DNA of 64,000 nt from Trichoplax adhaerens (GCF_000150275.1 NW_002060944.1:1722911-1786910), one strand, 5' to 3'; shown: positions 23,901 through 37,989, counted from the first letter of the stretch. Numbers and translations are program-made. The notes: generated from the sequence alone by a model not told the origin.

Positions 23901-26900
23901 GTTGTCGCTATTTCGAGAAAGATATTCAATCATGCCATAAATCAAAATGGAGCCCGAAAATGATTAAGACTAACGATTTAGTAGGCGTCTTCTGTGTTGG
24001 TAAGTTCCTAATAGTATCTCTGAATTCCTTAAATTATTAAATTTACTTTTAACAAAGCCAATCGAAAATAGGCTTTATTGTTGAATATAGCTTCGTAAAA
24101 GATTACTAGAAAGTAGAAAATGTAGCGGTATTAGAATGTTTAGAAATTTAATTACTTATAATTGCTTGTATCACTAATTTTTTGAGATACTGTGCCATAT
24201 GGAGTTAAATTAATGGCTTTCAACCTGATAATTTTGTTCACGAAAGACTGCATTAATGAATAGTATAAAGATTCTGTATGATGGATAGTGAATGGTTGGT
24301 CAATTGCGCAGCCATTCATAGGGATTGACCGAATGACTGGCCGATTGTTCGGTCATTCATAGGGATTGAACGAATTGGTGATCAGTTGCTCGGCTAGTCA
24401 TAGGGAATGACCGGTTCCCGGGGATTGAATTTAACATTAACAGAGATAATGGTTTTCGATGATATTATTATTTATTGTACAGTATACTAGTAGACCATCA
24501 TTGTTTACAAGTTGTGATGAAGTGTCTTTAGAATTATAAAACAAGAACTGTAGTTTTTGTAAAGTTCATTTTTCACATAAATTACACAAGTTTATAAGTA
24601 GTCCACTACTAACAAAGTAGACCGACGACTAGAGCGACCCAAAATAGAAACTTTTTCGTTTTCGAGCAAGTTTATTGAATATCTTGTTTGTGTTACATCC
24701 ACTGCAAATTTCTTAGTCTGAAACTGTGCCCGAAAACTTACCGCCAAAAGTGGTCGGACTAGACCTTCGCTTTTGTTAGAAGAGAGTTCGATTATAATAA
24801 AATTCGTGCGTTACTTATGATGGTATTCCATCTATAGCATAGTTTTGTAACGAGGTCAAGAATCTGAGATTTAAGCTTTCCTTTCTTTTAGTCTACTTTA
24901 TTTGGAAACCCGAGCCAAGCGCGATATCATACACACGTTAACGAGACATAAGAAATGTGACAACATATCAGCTCTAGTACTAACATAATTTTAATTTTAA
25001 TACCATATCCTAATGCACGTGAACATTTGTAGCATGTGATCTTAATCTAGTACAGTAGATAAGGTGTAGATAAGCCGTAAATAGTACTGTACGATATTAG
25101 ATTCCTCACGTTCTACAGTACAGTATAACGCGTGCACAGCAAGGCAACAAGCAGTACAGTAGTTTACAGCACAGGCGATGTTAGGACAAGTATATCCGAA
25201 TATATCTACAGTATCCTGTACAGTATACAGTATGTTCAATACATTTCGGCAACCTTCTAATAACATACTGTACAGTATAATAGTAGATCAGTACAGGACT
25301 GTAGCGGTATATTGTTACATATTACCACAAAGTACCGAAGGCTAACAATCTAACATTGAGTCATTAATACCCTCCGTAGATAAAGTTTCGTGCCTATTGC
25401 AATGGAAGGTACGAAAATTTATAACTTTTGAAGAATTACGATGGGTTTTCTAAAAGGGTTAATATTATATCAGTGTCTTCAATAAACGGTAAAAGGATAC
25501 CTAAATTCAACCTACGGTTTTGATAATACATAATTTTGATTTACGCTGGTACGGATTTTTCTTATATCAGGAACGAAATCCTAATCAGCTAATGAGTATA
25601 AAATCGGTTCGCTGTTGTTTCAATCTAATAACTATTATTTACCCGATAACTATGGACAGCGCACGTATAAAATTTGTTGTTATCAATCAATAAGGAGTAG
25701 GAATTAGTGGCTAATCTTACATAAACCTTGGCTGCTGGCACAGTTTTCTATCTCCTGTGCTAGTTGAGACTAGTATAAACCTTCAATATGACTGTTAGCT
25801 TTAATTCTAGATAGAGTTATACTGTACATCATCACTGAATCACGATACGTAAACTATAGTTAGTAAGTAGCTATCTCGCATTATTGAAGCTATCAAGAGT
25901 GATAATAATCAGTATGCTAGTATTTTAATAACTAAAATTTTGTTATATAATTAATAATATAAAATATGAATACTATTTAGGCGCATGCAACCCTAATCCT
26001 TGCACATATGGCCAATGTATTGGGATTGGTGCAGCTGATTACAGATGCAAGTGTGCTGCTGGATGGACGGGAAAGAAGTGCAATATAAGTACGTGCTAAG
26101 CTTATCGACTCTTGCTTTCAATGTCTTGACACTTAGAAAAAATTTTTATATAAATATTTAATTTAGTATATCATGCGTAAATAGTTGAGTAAAATCATGT
26201 ATAGTAATGCAACGTCTAACATTTATATTACTGCTCCTATAAGCGGCCTCAGTCGGTATAGATGATTTTATGGTGACCTATTAACTATAAGCTTGAATAA
26301 GGAGACCGGATTGTTCTTTAGGTATTAACGAGTGTGCTTCAAATCCGTGTCATCTAAATGCTACGTGTGTCGATATGCATGAAGCGTATTTCTGTAGCTG
26401 CCCTAATGGTTGGTACGGTGAAAGTTGTAACAAAGGTAAATCTCATAGCAAATATCTAAACATATTTCATATAGCGTTAATCTGTTGTCCTTTATTATTT
26501 AGATATAGATAAAATCGACATGTTTCTGAATTATAGCCTGTAGAAGTTTTTATTTGTAAACGCATTTAAAATAACGTGAGTATTGATAATTAATCGATAG
26601 GTCCAGCTGTAATTGGTGACATTCAAATTTCTAATGTTGATGACGAGGGTTGCACAGAAATTCAAATCTATCATAACGGAACATGGGGAGCTGTTCACTG
26701 GTTGGGACTTGGTGGATCCGCCAGTAATGTTATCTGCAGACAACTTGGGCATGCTTACGCCACTGCTAGCTGTAGTCATATTGGAAAAAGTGATCAATTT
26801 TTGTGGGTAAAACGAATGCATTGTAGTGGTTGCGAAACTGAAATCGTTTCGTGCAATAACGAGTGGAATCCGGCCTATAGCAACGATGTTCTCACTGCAG

Positions 26901-29900
26901 GGGTCAAGTGCTCGGGTATAATAAATTTCAAACGTTTTCTTGTATAGTAGCCATTACCTCATCGTAATACTGCTTTAATTGAGTGCTTGCGAGAGGAAGT
27001 ATTTAATGCGGTTAATTCTTTATTACATTAGTTTAAACTGGATTTTTCTTCATTTAAATGCGCAGTATTTTATAAATTACAAATTTGGTTTTAATATTTG
27101 TAAGTGAAGTAAACGAAATTATTGTTTACATGGAAACAATTATTTACGAGTAAATCACTTGAACTACGGTATAAAGCGATCTCAGTATCATTATGAAAAG
27201 CAGGTGTATAGGATTATCGATATTTATTCGTATTCCTGTAAACTAAATGAAACAATTCACTTAATGAATGTTTATAGTACTGTGAAACGTGATATGAACA
27301 AATTTTACAGGGACTTGTGGACAATTACATTGCGTCTATGGTAGATGTATTGCTTCGGTAGAGAGCGGTAGTAGCACCATGATTTATCAATGCGTTTGTA
27401 ATACTGGATTTCAGGGATCAGATTGTACGCAAGGTATGGCTTCAAATAAATAATGGTAACGATGCGGAGTACATTACGAAAACTGATATTGGAACAGTTT
27501 ACGAATAGTTCTAAGTCTTCAAGTTATGGTTTTTTATTATTGCACTGTTTTACAGATATCGACGAGTGCCACGACGAAAGATGTAGTCTAAATCAGAAGT
27601 GTGTTAATACCAAAGGCTCATATGTTTGTGTGTGCAAAGATGGGTATTCGCAATTTGGTGAAAATTGTACAGGTTGATTGAATTCATGTTTTCTAGACAC
27701 TTCTCGGTACTTTAAAAGTCTTACGTATGATACTCTAAACTTTTTAGTAAATAATGTTACATAGACACACATTTGCCAGCCTGATCATAGTCGTAGCAGC
27801 TTACGGTAGTAACGAATATGTATAATTATAGATCTGATCGTAAAAACTGTAGACTTGGGAGGTTAAACTTACACTTTGTCTTTATTTTGTTGCGTCAATA
27901 CTTAGATATAAACGAATGTAATTCCAACAGATTTCCCTGTAGCAGCAATGCTAAATGTCTAAATGTAATCGGTAGTTACCGCTGTGTTTGCAAGGAAGGT
28001 TATTATGGGGATGGGATAAAATGTCGAGGTGAGTAAATACTGTACTTACCCTAGTAAGGAAATTATCATACGCTCGATTGATATAACGAAACAGTATATT
28101 ATATCTAACTAGAAATTATTAAGAATATTAATAAGAAAGAGCCATATAATTCCAAAACATAGTAGTCCTCAAAACACTAATTTGTTTTGAACAATGACTA
28201 CTATTTTATCGGATCGATTAAGTACTCTGGCCTAATTATATTTAATTATATGCAGTTTAATGACTATGATTACAGTATAAGAATATTACTTAGACCGTAG
28301 TCTTCTAGCACTTGACCCTGTATCATCATTAATAGTGATTCGGATGACCTATTTTTCGAAATTTGCACAGCAATTAATCCCGTAGTATTTTGATTTGTAT
28401 TCGTAATAGAAAGTCAATATCGAAGCTTTAATTGTTCACATGGTTGTCCTCTAAACTCGGAATGTGCCATATTGGAAGACAGTAGTCCGGCATGTATATG
28501 TAAAACTGGATATGTTCGTAAGCAAAGTAGCTGTGTAGGTTCGTAATTGATAATAATCCTATTAAGGCATAACCTTAGTTTAGTATGATGTCATAGAAAG
28601 CAATACAAATTTGTTACCACAATGCAATTAATCGCTGATTAAGGAAACAAATATCGCTATAGGTCTTTTCTGGAATTCAATTTTAATGCGTAATTGAGTA
28701 ATTTAATAATTTTTTGGCTAGATTTTAATGAATGCTACATTGATGGGGTTTGTAATTTAAATGAACGATGCATTAATACAATCGGATCCTATTACTGCGT
28801 TTGCAACCCAGGATACGCGAGTATATTCCATGCAGCTTTGCCATCTACTACAGACACTGTTGATATGCAATGTGTCAGTAAGTATTAAAGTACCAATATA
28901 AGGTATATTACCTATAAAACTTCATTGTAGCAGCAGAGATAGCTAAGTAGGATTTAAATTCCTGTATGCTAGCTACTGGAACAATTACGTATGCTATGCG
29001 TTTCGTGCGCTGCTTGTGTGATGGTATCTTTGAAGTGGACGAAAGTGTTTAGTATCGCAATGAGATAGTTCTGCTGCTATTAGTCATTACACCGATATAT
29101 CAGTTATGGGTGCAGTACGCGTTAGACAATTTAAGCCTTTATTCATCATTCAAGTTCTCATAATTCTAGCACTTTGCTAGGGTTTCATCCTGATCGGAAT
29201 AAAATTATTCAGACATGTTAGTCCATATTATGTTAATGCACGATGTTTGGTCGTGAAGGTATTAGTATATATGAGTTACTCATGCACCATATCATTCAAC
29301 GCATATTTCGTTAAATATTAGAGTATCATATAGCTAGCAAATTTTTAGCATAATTCAAGGAATTGTATGTATCTCATGTGATTAAATTTAACAGAGGTGA
29401 AAATGTATGCCTTCAATATTACCATAAGCGGCGACTTTTCACTAGAATTATTACATCCAAGAACTCCAAAGTTTAAGCAGTTATCAAGATCGATTGAAAG
29501 AAAAGTATGAATATTAGCTCAACCTTTGGATATTACAACAATTTCTTTAGATTGATTTATGGCGATTTAGAGTAAATATAGATTTATATTTGCTTAGTTG
29601 GTACCGTAATTAATTGTTATGAATTGTGGTTAATAATATAACATTTGGTACTTTATTAGGTCATGTATGTTTTGAAAAGCGATATAACTATCAACCAACT
29701 GATCGCAAATACTGTCGTACAAGGATTTCGGTATCTTCGCAATTTAATAATTAAGTTACTGTTTTAAAGTTATTCCTTGTAGTAGAATGAAAGCATTTAC
29801 TTACTGTGTGCATGTATGTTTGTATAGAAGATTTTATGAATTATTTATATTTATAAGTTAATAATTTATCTGTCAAATATCTTTCGTAGGCAGGGCAGCA

Positions 29901-31662
29901 TTATTGCTGAAGTGTTGATATTTATGAAATTTCAGTACAATGAATCTGTTAGCGTTCTTAATGCGATTATGACTGCAAAATTAAAGGATGTAAATGGAAT
30001 TAGAATAACGAACGTAACTGGATCTAGTTAGTATATATCGATAGCTACATAAAAATGTGTTAAAATTAGTATTAGTAAAGTACATTCTGTATCGTGATTG
30101 CGGTAACNNNNNNNNNNNNNNNNNNNNNNNNNNNNNNNNNNNNNNNNNNNNNNNNNNTTGTATGGATATCGATGGTCAGCCGCGTTGCACGTAAGGTCTT
30201 TACTTTCGTAGCAGGCTATCTAATTAAGATAAGATTAAAGCCGGTACTAAAATTTTTAGTTTATTTAAGCAGGCACTATAGTTACTAAATTAGACGTATA
30301 TGTTTGCGTATTTTATAGTTGTCCTTTTCCGTATACCGGCTATCGATGTGAAATCAATGGTAACACAATCATTTCATTTGTTACTTTATATATGTATTGA
30401 TTTACAATAAATAAATATATGATGATAATTAGACCTATTTACCTTTGCTGTTTCAATATTTCAACTATGTATTATAGTATTCTAAATAAAAAATCATAAA
30501 GACTGTGAAATCTTAATTTTTTAGTGTTCCCTATTATTATCACGGTTGGAATATTGTTAATGATATTAATAATTGGCATGCTTACATATAAAGGCAAATT
30601 GAAGAAATCATTCATGATAAGGTATTTATGTGCATGGTAAATTAGCAAGAACTTCTTCATCTATAACTTTGTAGTTTTTATTATGTTGTTCTTATATAAC
30701 TTGGAGAGAATATAAATTATTTAAAATTAGATTGACTATTTGAAATTTATAGAGAAATTCGATTACTGTAATGAGAGTTTTATTTAATAAGAAGCTTTTC
30801 TATTTTGAATTCCCGCTTATGCACATTATTAAAATGCTATACTGTAATTCTGACAAGCCATAATTCCTTATTCATAACATCGGTTAGTACAATATAATTT
30901 ATGTTTAATAGTGATATGGAAATGAAATGCAAGAATCACTCATTAGTTTATAGTACGTTTTTTAAAGAGGCCATGATATCGATCTTCGTATGATATTGTA
31001 TTGTACATATTACTGCATTTGCTAAACTAGATAAATCGAATTATCATAGTAATTGTATTATGGTAGCATTAGTTATACTGTACATGGTTCAGCATACTAT
31101 ATGCGGTAACATCCGAAATTTAAATTGTGAGATGTCATAAAATATGATCGGATTTTCGATTAATGTTCGTATGCAATTATAGCGACTGTATTATAGCAGG
31201 TAGTAGCAGACTAGCAGGTACATATACTATACAGTGTGCGCCAAACATATAATGATATTCGAAATTAAAATAGTAAACATCATAAAGGACGATCAGATTT
31301 CCGTTTAATTTTCGAATGTAAAGATGAGATGACATAAAATACTTTAATTCAAAGTAATGTCCCTTTTGGTATTATTTTGTACGGTATCAAAATAAGGTAG
31401 TCAGTGATAGTTTGACAGACAGTTATTCATTATTAGGAATCTATGCGCAATGATATGATGTCAACTTACTGCAACACAGTGATTATATACAGTATAATAT
31501 AATCACGCTTCAAGCACTTTAGTAGCATTCTATATACTGTTCTGCTTTACCGCATATTAGGTACTATTATTTCTTTATTGCATTATAAAATTGGCATTCT
31601 CATTTTTCAGAAATACGAAATTTTATGAAAACAACGTAATTCCTCTAAGTGAAACGGAATAA
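17959..31662 (+). CDS. Type I membrane protein with signal peptide, 4 SRCR, about 13 EGF/cbEGF, SEA, TM and a short tail
   Basis: Signal peptide MKKIWNYFLIST|VSLLITSIAA (17959-17994, 18606-18648). SRCR exons ~18957-19300, 21757-22099, 23670-23999, 26601-26916. EGF exons start near 19484, 21097, 21457, 22321, 23315, 25981, 26322, 27311, 27555, 27905, 28411 and 28722. SEA exons ~29395-30027 contain GFR|QGSIIAEV. The last EGF spans the N gap to 30359. TM exon ~30524-30620 (FPIIITVGILLMILIIGMLTYKGKLKK). Probable last exon 31611-31662 (NTKFYENNVIPLSETE*). Confidence 0.88.
24290..24429. repeat. Three tandem 41-bp GC-richer units plus a partial fourth, intronic
   Basis: Units start at 24290, 24331 and 24372. 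Each begins GAAT and ends TCATAGGGA(T/A)TGA(C/A)C. Confidence 0.85.
25045..25300. repeat. ACAGT/ACTGT-rich block inside an intron of the SRCR gene
   Basis: Multiple (T)ACAGT copies plus two GTAGATAAG motifs. Confidence 0.6.
30108..30157. other. Assembly gap (50 N) hiding the start of the membrane-proximal EGF exon
   Basis: Run of N. The sequence resumes in frame at CMDIDGQPRCT, followed by the exon CPFPYTGYRCEIN. Confidence 0.95.
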
Positions 31663-33074
31663 TTTCCAGACCTGTATTTGATCTTTGGTATCTAAATTTT
31701 AGTTATGATTCAATTGATTAATCAGTTGTAACACTTAGAGTATCTTTTTCTACTATTGTGAATCCCATATTAGTACAGGTAGATGAATTTTAAAGGCTAA
31801 ACTTTATTTATCTAATTAATATTGATTCTCTTAAATTTAATTCTTACTTGCATATCTGTACAACTCTTATGTACGTATAGCATTGATACGAATCGCATTT
31901 TCTCTGTCATGGCAAGCTGATTATGATGGACAGTTTATGTTTGACCATAGTTATATTACGCCTGTTTATTAGAGCCATGGAATTTGTACCTTCGTTTAAT
32001 AAAGTTAATAAAGCGTTACTTGACACTATTACAAATCCACCACATATGAGTTTCATTCTTACTGTATGGTATGATGTAATGCGCAGTGCTCTATATCTTC
32101 TATTAAAGCGGTATAACAAATACACTAAACAAATTCCTTCCAATCAACAAGTTATGAATTAAGCAACAATATCAATAAATATTTAATGTCACTCTAGATG
32201 AACTGAGCTAAAGGTTAGCAGATACACTCGCATTGGGCTAATACTGTTCTCGTGCGATAGCTCACAAGTTAAGTTATAATTAATCTATGAAGCCGATTAC
32301 TTTAAAAAGATCAAGATATACCCGACTTTTTTCGATTGAGTCAGGTTGATTCCTGTCTTTACGTCCTGTTGTATTCCATTATTAATATCCTTGGTCAAAT
32401 ATGGTACGGTACTACGTACGTACTAACTTAATGCACTAATAGCAATTGACAAAATATCACTAAACAGTGACGTTTGAGCAAAAGTGTTTTAGCGGTTGAT
32501 GCATTATGACTACTATTGGATTTTATTTTAGCAATATGGAGAAGCATAAGATTAGGCAAAGGGTACTCTAAATAGTTAAATTCTTCGCTGCTAAAAGATA
32601 TGTTTACTTAAAGATGCCAAGTTGTAGCTAGCTTATTGTACCCTTATATTGTATAAGTCATATATCACTGAAGGACATGAATTTGCAACACAGGTTTGAC
32701 ACATGCATATGCATTTACTTAAAGTTTGTACACTACAGTACAGTATTATATGGTACGTATTAATTACAAATTTAATAAACTCTTTCGACAAAAACTGATG
32801 AATCTTAATATTATTTAAATCTATTTAACGGTGAATGAGCTTCATAGTTTGTAAGTTCAGCGACTAATGCTAAATGAAAATATCTAACTTCTAATTAAGC
32901 CAGTATGCTTAACTGATCTAGTCTGTTATATATCGACTTCTAGTGATGCATTACTGTGCTTCGTATCATTAATATAAATACTGCACCATATATTCAAGCA
33001 ATATGAAAATAGAGAATTTAGTAACCGGTAATAATTATACTGTTTAATTGAAAGGGTCGTAAATTACAGTAGTA

Positions 33075-33256
33075 TGGGTAACTGCCGTAATACTGTACTG
33101 TACTGTACTGTATAGTACAGAACTGTAGAGTCCATAGTATCGTAGCTGTTCACTAATATCATACTGTACTGTACAATGTCCTGTACAGTACAGTATACTG
33201 TAGTGTTGTTTGGCATAGTGTACAGTACTGTGCACTGTACAGTACACTACAGTACA
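33075..33256. repeat. Degenerate (ACAGT/ACTGT)n block with no adjacent recognisable coding gene
   Basis: Dense TACTG/ACAGT pentamers in both orientations. Confidence 0.85.
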
Positions 33257-33780
33257 ATCCTAGCCATCTTACCCACCCTCGCTTGAAACGAGCGGCACGG
33301 GGGTATTTATACTACTGTTAGATGACTCTGATTATGGGTTCATTTCAATAGGTCAGTATAAGATTCTTACAGTACTTTTTACCTCAACATTTCTTCATGT
33401 AAAACGAATATCTCTAAGGTAGTCATTTCTACAGAGTACTGATTTTTGAAATAGTATTCGTTATATCGCTAAGGGTGGCCACTGGGCCTTTCAATTTTGA
33501 TTTGATTTAATGCTCTGATGAAAATTGAATAAACATAGAATCGTTATAGAGTTTTCTACTCAGCCATTTTGATTGTTACATTTTTCTTATAACGGTTGTT
33601 ATCGACAGGGCAAGCTTTGCTTGCATACGCAAGCGATCCTTAGACACATTATAATGATTGGTATAGAATTTACCACAGTACTAAGGGCATTGTACCAGTA
33701 CCTGCTAATCTTAACTTGGTATGTCCATCACCGTACATTAGTTATCATAATGCGCTTTGGATTATTAAGTAATCTTAATA

Positions 33781-33870
33781 TAGCATAGTACATTACTATT
33801 ACCGGGATATATATAATATCGAATGATAATACTATCTATTAATTTTATTAACAAATTGAGCATAAACGTA
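33781..33870 (-). repeat. Diverged ~90-bp copy of 34260-34350
   Basis: Both loci share CTATTACCGGGATA...TATAAT.TCGAATG.TAATACTATCT.TTAATT. Confidence 0.8.
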
Positions 33871-34259
33871 TATTTGACAGTTTCGCTTACCAATCTTAAC
33901 ATAGCATTAATACTGTATATAGTAACCATGCTTATTCGGTAAACATACTAATACGAAAGTTACTTAAGGAAATTTGAATTGGTATATAAATGAATGATCT
34001 CTAGGGTTTCTGTAAATATTATTGAGAAGGTATAAGTGATTGATACACATTAGTAGGTACTATGAGTTCTATTGCTCTCATGCATTTCGTAGTGTTACCC
34101 TACTGTAGTTCCCCTGTCCCGGTTATTTTTTGATTACTATATATCATATAACAAAAAGTGTTTCTAATGTCAGTTAGTCAGCGATCTGATAGGCGAAAGC
34201 GAAGTGAATAATGTGGAAATGCACGATCAGTACGTACATTAAATCAATCTGTTTGAAAT

Positions 34260-34383
34260 ATAGTAGTACCCGGCTATTACCGGGATACGTATAATGTCGA
34301 ATGGTAATACTATCTGTTAATTATTATTAATAAATGGGTACATTATCGTAAACCGTCAGCAAAGCGACGGGAGTTTGGACTAG
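34260..34383. mobile_element. Helitron-like 3' termini (hairpin plus CTRR), one on each strand
   Basis: Plus strand: hairpin CCGTC-a-GC-AAA-GC-GACGG (34353-34370), 9 nt, CTAG (34380-34383), then T. Minus strand: CCCGG-taatag-CCGGG (34284-34269), 5 nt, CTAT. Confidence 0.55.
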
Positions 34384-35685
34384 TATGGTATGAAACGTCT
34401 CAATCTTTCGCTTTAACTTTGTGATCAGGTCGCAACTGAACATTTAAAGGTCATGCGCAAAAGCTAGATGTTTAACCTAAACCAAGGTCATTCTTTATTG
34501 TAGTTTGGTACTGTAGCACAGTACTGTACAGTACAGTAGAGTATACGAATGTAATCATTTGAAGTAAATTCGTGAAATTTGCGTAAAACATTTTCAGTTT
34601 ACACATACTGTCCTGTGGATTAAAACGATACTTGTTATTACCAATTCCGTGTTCAAGGGAAGTGCACGTTAGAAAGCAAAGCAGATAATATATATATTCT
34701 TCTCCAGTTTTTTCTTTTTATTTTTTTTTTGACATTTTTATCCCTTACTATATCAGGGTGCTAGCACAAGTAATTCTTTGAAGCGAGATCAACCGTACTT
34801 AGTACAAGTGAATTACTGTTTGTGAATTTTGAGAAATTACATCGACACAATTCTCACGAGAACTTTCTCCTGTTTCGATTATCTTACGGTTAATACCAAC
34901 AGAAAATTGGTAAGGCTACGTGATGCTCGTAAAAGCCTATTAACGCAGCCGCATACGAAAACAACTGGTACTTTCAAGACGCAATAAGTGTCCGGTACTT
35001 CTTCTAAAGGATAGTATTTACATAACATGAATACGTAGAATATGCCCTCACAGGAATGAGGGCTCACAATTAGTATTGATTATTACAGACAAGGGTCCAA
35101 ATGAAAGCTGAATGCTAGTAATTATCTAAGTAGAGAAATAACTTGTGCAGTATATCGTGCGTAACCATAAGTTGTTAATTATGGGTATGATTTGCCTATC
35201 GAAGTATTGTACAGAATGGCAATTACCGATTAGAACTTTTTATATTACGTTAATAGGTAATAAATCGTACTGTAAAAGAAGAGAACCTTTTCTGAAAATT
35301 AAAAAATACCTGAGTAAGCATATAGTTACTGAAGAATCCCTTGATATAATGATAAGAAGCGAGGCTAATTAGAGGTTATACGTGTTTACAGTAGTTTGTA
35401 TACTGTAGCATATAATAACAGGGACAAAATTATCTTACGTTTCCGAACAAAAAAGGCAACACTAAGTTCATGTGAAAACTAATTTTACAGGAGAACAACT
35501 TAGGTCACAGCAGATTATGATACGAAATATCGATATATTGATACTGTACGCGAATTAAAGTGGCTTACTTTCAGCCTACGGGAATCATACATCTAGTACT
35601 GTATTAGGATAGCAAGTGCAGATCCTAGGAACTTTTCTTATAGCGCTAGTTATTTCCGCGCCAGTTAAACTCTACTCTCAACGTA

Positions 35686-37243
<1,558 letters not shown>

Positions 37244-37989
37244 TTAGTCAATCACCATGAAATAAAATTTGATGGCCACAGTTGAGTTAAAAACACAACA
37301 AAGACGAAAAAAACCACGTCAACATAGGGAGTGGGTACAGACCGAACGGAACTGATATCGGGCGCGACGTTTTCACGTGACTACGGTAATTAGTAATCAT
37401 TGGCTGAAGATCATGGACAAATCGTTATGAGTGTGCGCAGTAATATTTCATGCGCAATGGCAGATTGCTACTGTACGGTACAAGTCATGCAACTTTGCCC
37501 TTTGATGTCTAGTCCATGCTACGGCGGTGCACTCTGTACATTGAGTACACTCAGTGTAGAATGGTACAGTACAGTATAATAGGACTTTTCATGGCTTTTC
37601 ATCACGTAGTAGACTCTAAACTGTACACAACTATTACTATGGACTACTGTACTAGAAGAATACCTGGACTTAGACCAGATCGATTTTTAATTGATGTTTC
37701 AGAGTACAGCCAAAATCTTAATTAAATTAGCTGAAACTTTGTACTCCGGATTCCGGAGTATATATATATATAAGTTCTAGTAAGTAAATGCCATCGTTTG
37801 AGACGTTTCAGCGGTAAAAATCTGAAGAGTCTACTGTAGTTCCCATTTTAACAGACCAGGCCATGAAGACCTGTCAATAGATAAAACCTTATTTACAATT
37901 CACTGTGGTGTAGTGAATTGAACTCGGATCTAGTGGGGTTACAATACACTACTGTGGTGTTGACGTGTTGTCCCTTTTGAGCCACTGCA

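Noticed and set aside
24290-24429. CRISPR-like repeat-spacer array
   Set aside because: The variable parts are homologous to each other rather than unique spacers, the context is a eukaryotic intron, and no cas genes are present.
24483-24982. Possible MITE bounded by TACTAG-like ends
   Set aside because: The terminal inverted match is too short and gapped, and no target duplication could be assigned.
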